From: Myxococcota bacterium
GTDB lineage: Bacteria > Myxococcota_A > UBA9160 > UBA4427
DNA length: 64,000 nucleotides
Assembly (NCBI GenBank): GCA_965250285.1
Contig: OZ252299.1
Span: forward strand, 800,001-864,000
Reading direction: 5' to 3'
This document shows, piece by piece, positions 56,029 through 64,000 of the stretch. Each line of letters begins with the position of its first letter. Within the stretch, counting starts at the first letter, position 1. A program made the translations under genes and the position numbers. Below the pieces are notes generated by a model, which was not told the DNA's origin, searched no databases, and saw only the letters and a program-made list of their open reading frames with translations.

Positions 56029-58413
56029 ATGGCGTCCCAGGCGACCGATGCGCGGAAGGTCGACACGGCATCGCGTCGTAGTATCGCGATCGCGTCCCTG
56101 TGGCTCGTGTTCCTCGCGGCGCTCTCGGCCCCCTCGCAAGGCGGTGAACCCGTGCTCGACGCGCCGGCGGCCGGGCGAGAAGCGCCCGCCGCGAGCACGC
56201 CGTCGAAAGCCCCCGCCCGGGATGCGATCGCGTCGCTCGAGCAGAGAGCCACCGACCTCGAGGCGGACGGCGATCGCACGGGTGCCGCGCGCGCATGGCT
56301 GCGCCTCGCCGAGGCGGCCCTCGCCCTTGGTCGCGTGGATGCAGCGGGGCGTGCGCTCGACCGCGCCGAGACCCTGTCGGCACCGCTGGACGAACCGCAG
56401 ATGAGCGCTCTGACCCTGGCTGCCCGCGGCCAGGTTCAGCTCGCGCGGGGAGAGATCGGCGACGCACGTACATCGCTCGAGCTAGCCGAGGCCGCGGCCC
56501 GGCGCGCCGGCATGCCCCAGCTGGTTGCGACCGCGGCCACGAATCTCGGTCGAGCAGAGGCCCGCTCGGGCGACGTCGCCGCGGCGCGCGCGAGCTGGGG
56601 GCGTGCCGCGGAAGCCGCGGAAGCAGCGGGGGATGCGACCGCCGTCGCGCGCGCGCGAGCCAACGCAGCGCGACTGGCGGTCGAGGCGACCGATGGACCG
56701 GGTGTGATCTCACAGGTCGAGCTCGCGCGCGCCGCGATGGTAGACGGGGTCGGCGATCGAGAGCGGGTCGAGCTGTGGCTTCATCTGGCCCGAACGCTCG
56801 AACAGGCACGCCTGCTTCCCGGTGTGGATGCAAACGCCGCCCTCGTCACCGCCCATGGGTTGTTGATCGAGGCGGAGTCGGCCGCCGCCCGGCGCGGGGA
56901 TGCGCGATCGATGTCGTGGGCCCTGGGACAGCTCGGCGCGCTCTACGCAGAGGATGGCAGACCCCGAGACGCCCTCGGCCTGACAGAGCGCGCTCTGGCC
57001 GCTGCGGAGGAGAGCGGCGACGTCGTTGCGCAGGTGCGGTGGCTTTCCCAGGATGGCGACCTGCTGGCGCGGCTCGGCCGACGCGATGCGGCGATCGCGT
57101 CCTACGCGCGGGCCATCGAGAAGCTCGAAGTCCTCCGACAGGAAGTGCCGGCCCGCAGGCCACGCGATTCCGCCGCCTTCCGCGACCGCGAAGGGCGCAT
57201 CTACTACGCCTACGTCGACCTGTTGCTGCAGCGCGCCGCCTCGCGCGACGGCCGCAACGCTGACGGGGCGCTGGGCGCGGCGGACGCCGAGCTCGGCCCG
57301 CAATCAGATCTCCTCGCCGCGCAAGAGACGCTCGAGCGGCTCAAGGCCGCTGAGCTCCGCGACTACTTTCGCGACGCGTGTGTCGATCTCACACTCGCCG
57401 CTCGGATCTCGGCGGTCGACGCTTCGGCGACCGCGGCGGTCGTCTACCCGATCCTGCTCGACGACCGGATCGAGCTGCTCGTCTCGAGCGGCGCGGGGAT
57501 CGAGCGCTTCTCTTCGCCCATCGCGCGGCCGACCGTCGAGGCCGAAGTCCGCCGCTTCCGTCGTCTGCTCGAGCGGCGGATCTCCCGCCAGTATCTCCGC
57601 CCGGCGCAAGCACTCCACGCCTGGCTGATCGCTCCGATCTTGTCTCATGTCGACGCACTCGACATCGACACACTGGTCTTCGTTCTGCCCGCGACGCTGC
57701 GTACCGTGCCGATGGCTGCGCTGCACGACGGCGAGCGATTCCTCGTGGAGCGCTTCGCGACGGCACTCGCGCCCGGGCTCGAGCTCACCGATCCACGACC
57801 GCTCGATCACGCGTCTCTGCGAATGCTGCGCGTCGGCGTGACCGAGTCGGTTCAGGACTTCGACGCGCTTCCTCAGGTCGCGTACGAGATCGATTCGATC
57901 GCCGAGTTGATCCCCGGCGAGACGCTGCTCGATGCCGAGTTTCGGGCGAGTGCGCTCGAAGAGAAGCTCGAGAACCAGCCCTTCAACATCGTCCACGTCG
58001 CGTCGCATGCGGCGTTCGCGAGCGACGGTGAGAGCAGCTTCATCCTGACGCACGACGGGCGGATCAGCATGGACGAGTTGGCCGGCTACGTCGGACTGTT
58101 CAGGTACCGGGAGACCCCGCTCGAACTGCTCGTGCTCTCGGCGTGTGAGACCGCTGCCGGCGACGATATGGCTGCCCTCGGTCTCTCGGGAGTCGCCGTC
58201 AAGGCGGGCGCGCGCAGTGCAGTCGGGACGCTCTGGCAGGTGAGCGACGTCGCTGCGGCCACGCTGGTGATCGATTTCTATACCGGTCTTCGTGAGCCCG
58301 GTACCCCTCGGGCCGCCGCACTGGCCACGGCTCAGCGCGAAATGATTGCAGAAGGAGAGTTCTCGCATCCGGCGTACTGGGCGCCCTTCATCCTCATCAG
58401 CAGCTGGCTCTGA
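56029..58413 (+). CDS. Secreted TPR + CHAT (caspase-like) domain protein
   Basis: Signal-like N-terminus, TPR helices, VPMAALHDG, HVASHA, LLVLSACETA.GD, GTLWQVSD, HPAYWAPFIL. Confidence 0.9.
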   Translation: MASQATDARKVDTASRRSIAIASLWLVFLAALSAPSQGGEPVLDAPAAGREAPAASTPSKAPARDAIASLEQRATDLEADGDRTGAARAWLRLAEAALALGRVDAAGRALDRAETLSAPLDEPQMSALTLAARGQVQLARGEIGDARTSLELAEAAARRAGMPQLVATAATNLGRAEARSGDVAAARASWGRAAEAAEAAGDATAVARARANAARLAVEATDGPGVISQVELARAAMVDGVGDRERVELWLHLARTLEQARLLPGVDANAALVTAHGLLIEAESAAARRGDARSMSWALGQLGALYAEDGRPRDALGLTERALAAAEESGDVVAQVRWLSQDGDLLARLGRRDAAIASYARAIEKLEVLRQEVPARRPRDSAAFRDREGRIYYAYVDLLLQRAASRDGRNADGALGAADAELGPQSDLLAAQETLERLKAAELRDYFRDACVDLTLAARISAVDASATAAVVYPILLDDRIELLVSSGAGIERFSSPIARPTVEAEVRRFRRLLERRISRQYLRPAQALHAWLIAPILSHVDALDIDTLVFVLPATLRTVPMAALHDGERFLVERFATALAPGLELTDPRPLDHASLRMLRVGVTESVQDFDALPQVAYEIDSIAELIPGETLLDAEFRASALEEKLENQPFNIVHVASHAAFASDGESSFILTHDGRISMDELAGYVGLFRYRETPLELLVLSACETAAGDDMAALGLSGVAVKAGARSAVGTLWQVSDVAAATLVIDFYTGLREPGTPRAAALATAQREMIAEGEFSHPAYWAPFILISSWL

Positions 58414-58426
58414 CAGGAAGACGTCG

Positions 58427-60124
58427 ATGAGCCGCTCGCCGCTCATAGTCGCGATCGCCACGGTGCTTCTCTCGTCGTCGAGCCTCACCCAGGCGCAAAC
58501 GATTCAACGGCCCGGTGACGAGGTACTGCCTCTGCCCGCCTTCGAGGCGCCGGAGGAACCGGGGCCTGGCATACTGCCGGCGCCGCCGCCCGCGCGCGCG
58601 CCTCGACGACCGGGTGATGTGGCGTTCGTGCTCCGCGCCGTGACCTTCGAGGGCAACACGGCTTTCGACAACGACCAGCTCGACAAGGTCGTTACACCCT
58701 GGATCGGTCGCGACGTGGTGGCGGGTGATATCGAAGCCATGCGGCTGGCGGTGACGCGCCACTACGTCGAGGCGGGCTACGTCACGTCCGGGGCCACGCT
58801 GCCCGATCAGGACGTGCGCGAAGGGCGAGTTCGAATCGACATCGTGGAAGGCAGGCTCGAACGCGTCGAGGTGATCGGTGTCCGCCACCATCGCGAACGC
58901 TGGATCGCGCGACGTCTGGAACGAGCGGCCGGCGTTCCGTTGAACGTGAACGGGCTGGAAGAAGGCCTGCGCATGCTGCAGCAGCGGTACGGCCTCGAGC
59001 GACTCGACGCAGAGCTCCTGCCGGGGGCGCGTGCAGGGCGCGCGGTCTTGCGCCTCGAGGTCCGCGAACTGAAGCCGTGGCTGCTGCAGGCCAGCGGCGA
59101 CAACTACGAGCCCGTGACCGTCGGCGAATGGGCCGGTGAGCTTCGGGCCGGGCATGGGTCGCTCCTCGGGCTCGGCGATCGTCTCGGTCTCGTCGGGCGT
59201 GCGAGTGCGGGGCTGTGGAGCATCGAGGGGCGCTACGAGGTGCCCGTGACCGTCGCCGAGACGCGGCTCGCATTCCGTGGTCGCAAGTCGAAGAGTCGCG
59301 TCGTCAAGGTCTTCGATCGATTGTTCGACGTCGAAGTCGACAGCAGCGACGTCGGGGTCGGACTGCGGCATCCGCTGATCCTGAAGCCGTCGCAGGATCT
59401 CTGGGTCGGGGCCGTCTTCGACTGGCGCGCGGCGCGTGTTCGCCAGAGCCTGAAGAACGACCCACTTGGCTTGGGTGAACTGCCGGGATCCGGCAGGGAG
59501 TCCGTCTCGGTCCTGCGGCTGGAGCAGGCCTGGACCCACCGTGGCGATCGCCAGGTTCTTGCGCTGCGTTCGACCGTGAGCTTCGGGCTCGACGTCCTCG
59601 ATGCCACGACGCGGGAGCCTCTTGCAGGCGGCATCGAGAACGACGTCGAGTTCGTGACGTGGCTGGCCCAGGCGCGGTGGGCACGCCGAATCCGTGTCCC
59701 TCTCGGCCTCGATGTGATCGCCACCGCAAGGTTCGATCTGCAGCTCACCAATGCCGCTCTGGTGCCGCAGGAAGACTACGCCCTGGGCGGGCACGCATCG
59801 GTGCGGGGCTATCGAGAGAACGCGCTGGTGCGCGATCAGGGCGTTCTGGGCTCAGCCGAGCTGTGGGTACCGGTGTGGCGGACCCGCGTCGACAGAAGGC
59901 CGATCCTGCAGCTCGTGCCCTTCGTCGATGTCGGGCACGGCTGGAACCGCAAGGGAGATCCTCTGGCTCGAACGCTTCCCAGCGTCGGCATCGGAACGGT
60001 CTTCCAGCCCGTCCCCTGGTTCGAAGCCCGGCTCTTCTGGGGGTACGCGATCGACCGGTTCCGCGACCTGGGCTTCGCCCAGGACAAGGGGATTCACCTC
60101 CGGGTGACGGCGGTTGCGTTCTAG
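58427..60124 (+). CDS. ShlB/FhaC/HecB (TpsB) two-partner secretion transporter
   Basis: POTRA motif FEGNTAF..YVEAGYVTSGA.LPDQ..G.V.I.IVEG, LGG..SVRGYREN (VRGY), terminal Phe. Confidence 0.9.
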   Translation: MSRSPLIVAIATVLLSSSSLTQAQTIQRPGDEVLPLPAFEAPEEPGPGILPAPPPARAPRRPGDVAFVLRAVTFEGNTAFDNDQLDKVVTPWIGRDVVAGDIEAMRLAVTRHYVEAGYVTSGATLPDQDVREGRVRIDIVEGRLERVEVIGVRHHRERWIARRLERAAGVPLNVNGLEEGLRMLQQRYGLERLDAELLPGARAGRAVLRLEVRELKPWLLQASGDNYEPVTVGEWAGELRAGHGSLLGLGDRLGLVGRASAGLWSIEGRYEVPVTVAETRLAFRGRKSKSRVVKVFDRLFDVEVDSSDVGVGLRHPLILKPSQDLWVGAVFDWRAARVRQSLKNDPLGLGELPGSGRESVSVLRLEQAWTHRGDRQVLALRSTVSFGLDVLDATTREPLAGGIENDVEFVTWLAQARWARRIRVPLGLDVIATARFDLQLTNAALVPQEDYALGGHASVRGYRENALVRDQGVLGSAELWVPVWRTRVDRRPILQLVPFVDVGHGWNRKGDPLARTLPSVGIGTVFQPVPWFEARLFWGYAIDRFRDLGFAQDKGIHLRVTAVAF

Positions 60125-60127
60125 CCC

Positions 60128-63100
60128 TCACGCAGCGCGCCGACGGCCGCGTCGAGCGAGCCAGACCAGCGTCGTGATCCCCCCGAGCCAGAGACCCAGC
60201 GGTCCAGGTTCGGGGGCCTGAGCGGTGCATCCGTCGCCGACGCCGTCCCCGTTCGAATCCTGCTGATCTGGGTTGAAGAAGTCGACGCAGTTGTCGCAGG
60301 CGTCGCCGACACCATCACCGTCCGAGTCGAACTGGTACGGGTTGCCCACGCCCGGACAGTTGTCACAGTGATCAATGATCGTATCGCCCGGAAAGTCGCT
60401 GTCGGTGTAGGGCGCGAGCGTCGCGCCTCCGAACTCGAAGATCACCATGGTCGCCGGGAACGACTCACCGGCGTCGCGAAGCCGGAACGTGCAGCAATCG
60501 GCGACGACGGGCGAATCGCCGATGTACGTGATGTCGAGCACGTCGAACGAACCGGTCTCCGACAGCGAACCGTTGTACTCGCACCTGCCGAGCTCGGCGG
60601 TTCCCGAGAACACGAAGCTGAAGTCGACCACCGAGCTGTCGAAATCACAACCGAGCTCGAGTTCTAGATCGGTGGGTATGCTGCCCATGGGTGCGGCCTG
60701 GGGCAGCGGATCACAGGCGTCGCCATACGTGTCGCCGTCGCCATCGGCCTGGTTGACGTTCGAGACGAGCGGGCAGTTGTCGGATAGGTCGGAGATGCCG
60801 TCGCCGTCGAAGTCGACGACGCCATCGCATGCGTCGCCCACGCCGTCGAAGTCGCCATCCGTCTGCGCAGCGTTCGCGATCGCGGGGCAGTTGTCGCACG
60901 GATCACCGATTCCGTCACCGTCGAGATCGGCCTGAGAGGGGTGTGCGAACGCCGGGCAGTTGTCACACACGTTCCCTGCACCGTCGCCGTCCGAGTCGAC
61001 GTTGTGCGCATCCTGGTAGAAGGGGCACGCGTCACAGCCGTCGGGGATCCCGTCGCCATCACTGTCCTCGCCGCTGTCCGACCAGTCGTTGCAGTCGCAG
61101 TGCATGCCGAAGCCGTCGCCGTCACAATCGATCTGCGGTGTGCCGTGCACGGATAGACCCGGTGGAATCCCCGTCGGCACGACGCGACAGTTGTCGACGC
61201 AGTCTTCGAAGTCGCCGGTGTCACACGTCTCCAGCGGTGGCTGAACGTCCAGGAGCCCGTCGTCGTCATCGTCGGGGTCGCTTGCGTTCGGGATGCCGTC
61301 TCCGTCGGCATCCGGATCGCAGAAATCGCCGACGCCATCGCCGTCCGTATCGAGCTGGCCGACGTCGTGGACCTGCGGACAGACGTCACACACGTCACCA
61401 AAACCATCGCCGTCGAAATCCGTCTGGTCCGGGTTGGGGACGTAGGGACAGTTGTCGTCGCAGCCGAGCGTCTGGCCGGGCGCGCAGTGCGTGTTCTGGA
61501 CGTGCCAGATCGCGCGCATCCACGGGCCGCTCGAGCTGTCGCTGTCGGCGGGGAGCAGGTCGATGTTGCCGTCTGAGAAGCCGTCGTCAGGGACGCCGTC
61601 TTCATCGGTGTCGCGATTCGGTGTGCGCATCACCCGGAAGCCGACCGTGGCGAAATGGCCGCCGGCGGCTGCGTTCGTGCGCGGCGCGAACTCGCTGGTG
61701 AAGGGCGTGGCATCGGTGCCGAAGCTGCCGCCGACGACGACGCGCTCGATCGCTCCGCCCGCTGGGCCCGGGGCCTCGAGCCACTCGTAGACGTTGCCGG
61801 CGAGGTCGGCGAACCGGCTCGACAGGCTCTGGCTGGCGCCGACCCATACGAGGTTCGGAAAGAAGTCCGAAGGGTTCCAGAAGCATCCCTCGCCGAAGTT
61901 CGCGACGTTCGAGCCGGGATTCGTCACGTTGCCCGTCGAATCGCAGAAGGCGATCGAGGGCACCGAGTTGCTGCGGGGATAGTTGTAGTAGCTGGTGCCG
62001 AAGGCGTAGAAGGCTGCCTTGTACCACTCGTCGTACCCGGGCAGAGCCCAGTCGGCATTCGGGTTTCGCACAGGCGACGCTTGCGACATGTCGTAGGTGC
62101 CGCTCTCGGTCCCCGACCCGTCAGTCGGGCGCCCGTTCTCGAGCCAGTTCACGTAGCGGGCGGCGCTGCGCCAATCGACGTAGTTGATCGGGAGGTTGCC
62201 GCTGGTGGGCGTATCCGGGAAGTACCGCAGACCCGGGGCCTTCTCGGTCGAGAAGACCACGTGTCCGTATGTTCCCGAGGTCATGGCGGGATCGTACAGG
62301 CCGAGCGCATTGGTTCCGTTCGCATCCACGGCGTTCAGGAAGTCGATGTACTGATCGACGCTCACCTCCGTGCGCCCCAACCAGTAGGAGTACGGAACCG
62401 AGCCGAAGCCGTTCGTATCGGCCGGGTTGTCTGGGGAACGAACGGCGAGCACCTCGTGTGTCTGGGTCACGGGCGTGCCCGCCGCGATCGGTGCATTGAC
62501 CGAAGCATTCCCGAAAACGACCTCCAGCGGAGAGCCCGCGTTCGACAGCGCCGCCGAAGACGTGCCGGAGGACAGGTTCGACAGCACATCGGGCCCGTCC
62601 GAGGTCACGTTGGCCGTGGCCTGGAAGGTCACGCGCGCGATCGGAAACGTCCCGCGGCGCGGCCCAGGAAACGGATCCGCGGACGCGGAGAGAGCGGCGA
62701 TCTCACCGCCCGACGACGTGCTGCTCTCGCTCGTGCTGGCGGGGTTGCCGCCGACCGCCGTGGTCCATGCGGAGATGATCGGCGCGACGGCAAGTAGATC
62801 GAGCTCATCGCCGAGGTCGGTGTCGAAGCGCAGCGAGAGATTGTAGGCCGAGACGCCCTCGATCGTGGTCGAGAGGTAGACGGTGGCGGTCAGCGTGTCG
62901 CCGGGGGCGGCCTCGATGGCCGGACCGCCGGGCGTTCCGATGCCATCCGAGGCGGTCCACACGATCTCGACGGTCGGCTCGTCGAAGAACGATCCCGCGC
63001 CGCGCACCTCGGGCGAGACGATCCGCAAGGATGCCGCATCGGCATAGTGGCCGTCGAACTCGGGCAGGCTCGGATCGTTCGAGACGTTCTCGTTCGCCTG

Positions 63101-64000
63101 AATCTCGAGCGAGACGAAGGAGTCACCCAGGAACGGCGGCCCGACCAGCGCCTGGGGCAACTCGAGACGAAGCTCGATGCGCTCCCATGTCGTCGGATCC
63201 GAGTCGGTTTCGAACACGGCGCTCTGCCCGATGTCCGGCGGGACGGCGTTGTAGTCGCCAACGAACGTGCCGCTCCAGCCCGCCGGGTCGCCCTCGTGCG
63301 CGCGGAGTCTCACGCGGAAGCCCGTATCGCTGTTCGCGTCGCCGGCGACGCGATTCACCCAGAGCTCGGCGATGGCCGTGGCGCCCTCTGCGAGGCCTTC
63401 GACCGGGACCTTCTGATAGAGCTGTGACGAGATCGTGTTCGACGCGCCCGACTGCAGCGTGCCGTCGAAGCGAAGCATCTGATCGCCCTGGAAGGGCGTG
63501 ATGCCGTTCTCTGGACCGACGACTGTGACGAGGTCTCCCTTCCAATCGCCATACGTCGTCGGTGTAACGACCCCGGCAAACGGCGTCGAGAACGAGATTT
63601 CGAAGTCTCCGTTCACCAGCAGGTTCGGTCTCGATCGAGCCGCCCAGGCCACGGCGTTCTGGATGAGACGGGGATGGTCGCCGGCGGGATCGAGCGAGCC
63701 AGTGGCCAGCGTCGATCCAGGAATCATTCCGAGATCGACGCGACGCGCGATGCCGATCTCACCGACGGCAACGAGCGGCGCGCCGAGGCTCCACTCGGCC
63801 ACGACGGAGGCGTTGGGGGAGACACTGAACGAACCGTTCACACCGAGCGAGTCCCGAACCGTCGTGACCCCGGCGAGCGTGGGGTGGTCGGGCACGAGCG
63901 GCACGAGATCGAGCGGTGGGACCGATGCGAACGCGAAGTCGAGCGCGAGCAGCTGATACCCGTCGGCGACGAAGCGACCGCTCATCGAGCTCGTGGCCAG
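60128..64000 (-). CDS. Large PEP-CTERM protein with FGE/SUMF1-like domain and thrombospondin type-3 repeats (5' end beyond the window)
   Basis: Frame is open to the window edge. RTEVS..Y..FLN, PINYVDW..AARY.NWL, LP..DEWYKAA, GNVYEW, GFRV. Many DNCP...N.DQ.D.DGDG.GD.CD repeats. C-terminus APEPGPLGLWLGGITTLVWLARRGRRRAA. Confidence 0.85.
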   Translation of the reverse strand: MATSSMSGRFVADGYQLLALDFAFASVPPLDLVPLVPDHPTLAGVTTVRDSLGVNGSFSVSPNASVVAEWSLGAPLVAVGEIGIARRVDLGMIPGSTLATGSLDPAGDHPRLIQNAVAWAARSRPNLLVNGDFEISFSTPFAGVVTPTTYGDWKGDLVTVVGPENGITPFQGDQMLRFDGTLQSGASNTISSQLYQKVPVEGLAEGATAIAELWVNRVAGDANSDTGFRVRLRAHEGDPAGWSGTFVGDYNAVPPDIGQSAVFETDSDPTTWERIELRLELPQALVGPPFLGDSFVSLEIQANENVSNDPSLPEFDGHYADAASLRIVSPEVRGAGSFFDEPTVEIVWTASDGIGTPGGPAIEAAPGDTLTATVYLSTTIEGVSAYNLSLRFDTDLGDELDLLAVAPIISAWTTAVGGNPASTSESSTSSGGEIAALSASADPFPGPRRGTFPIARVTFQATANVTSDGPDVLSNLSSGTSSAALSNAGSPLEVVFGNASVNAPIAAGTPVTQTHEVLAVRSPDNPADTNGFGSVPYSYWLGRTEVSVDQYIDFLNAVDANGTNALGLYDPAMTSGTYGHVVFSTEKAPGLRYFPDTPTSGNLPINYVDWRSAARYVNWLENGRPTDGSGTESGTYDMSQASPVRNPNADWALPGYDEWYKAAFYAFGTSYYNYPRSNSVPSIAFCDSTGNVTNPGSNVANFGEGCFWNPSDFFPNLVWVGASQSLSSRFADLAGNVYEWLEAPGPAGGAIERVVVGGSFGTDATPFTSEFAPRTNAAAGGHFATVGFRVMRTPNRDTDEDGVPDDGFSDGNIDLLPADSDSSSGPWMRAIWHVQNTHCAPGQTLGCDDNCPYVPNPDQTDFDGDGFGDVCDVCPQVHDVGQLDTDGDGVGDFCDPDADGDGIPNASDPDDDDDGLLDVQPPLETCDTGDFEDCVDNCRVVPTGIPPGLSVHGTPQIDCDGDGFGMHCDCNDWSDSGEDSDGDGIPDGCDACPFYQDAHNVDSDGDGAGNVCDNCPAFAHPSQADLDGDGIGDPCDNCPAIANAAQTDGDFDGVGDACDGVVDFDGDGISDLSDNCPLVSNVNQADGDGDTYGDACDPLPQAAPMGSIPTDLELELGCDFDSSVVDFSFVFSGTAELGRCEYNGSLSETGSFDVLDITYIGDSPVVADCCTFRLRDAGESFPATMVIFEFGGATLAPYTDSDFPGDTIIDHCDNCPGVGNPYQFDSDGDGVGDACDNCVDFFNPDQQDSNGDGVGDGCTAQAPEPGPLGLWLGGITTLVWLARRGRRRAA

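Noticed and set aside
60230..61600. Repetitive DNA as a possible CRISPR array or tandem repeat
   Set aside because: Explained by coding TSP3 repeats; there is no constant repeat-spacer structure.
61630..62450. FGE-type lectin fold as a diversity-generating retroelement target
   Set aside because: No reverse transcriptase or template repeat is in the window, and the domain is internal rather than C-terminal.

Overview
High-GC (about 65-70% by eye) Gram-negative bacterial DNA. It is rich in PEP-CTERM-type surface proteins, lipoproteins and Cys-rich secreted proteins; a Myxococcota/Deltaproteobacteria-like source is an inference. About 40 real CDSs were picked out of many antisense shadow ORFs. 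The left 40 kb is mostly metabolic and repair genes: a GCS2 ligase plus AstE/AspA-type hydrolase, a PlsC-DUF547 fusion, a lower-GC CoA-transferase plus scpB pair, an APC permease, DUF72, an SDR, fasciclin, VOC proteins, a sulfatase-like protein, lhr-nei, a wHTH-AAA-TPR regulator, NmrA, GST and LysR. The standout is a 4-gene, 12-kb operon at 42796-54873 that looks like a split, Sec-exported Rhs toxin system. It encodes a 1209-aa Gly-rich protein with a C-terminal B-type lectin, two short signal-peptide-bearing Rhs-core proteins, and a 1551-aa YD-repeat shell protein that has no Rhs core of its own. The two core proteins share a near-identical 768-bp module and carry diverged C-terminal cargos with a permuted papain-like His...NNCH motif. 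No convincing immunity gene is present. Downstream lie a secreted TPR-CHAT protease and a TpsB/ShlB transporter with no adjacent TpsA. No rRNA, tRNA, CRISPR array or mobile element was recognised. All family calls come from motif recognition, not database searches.
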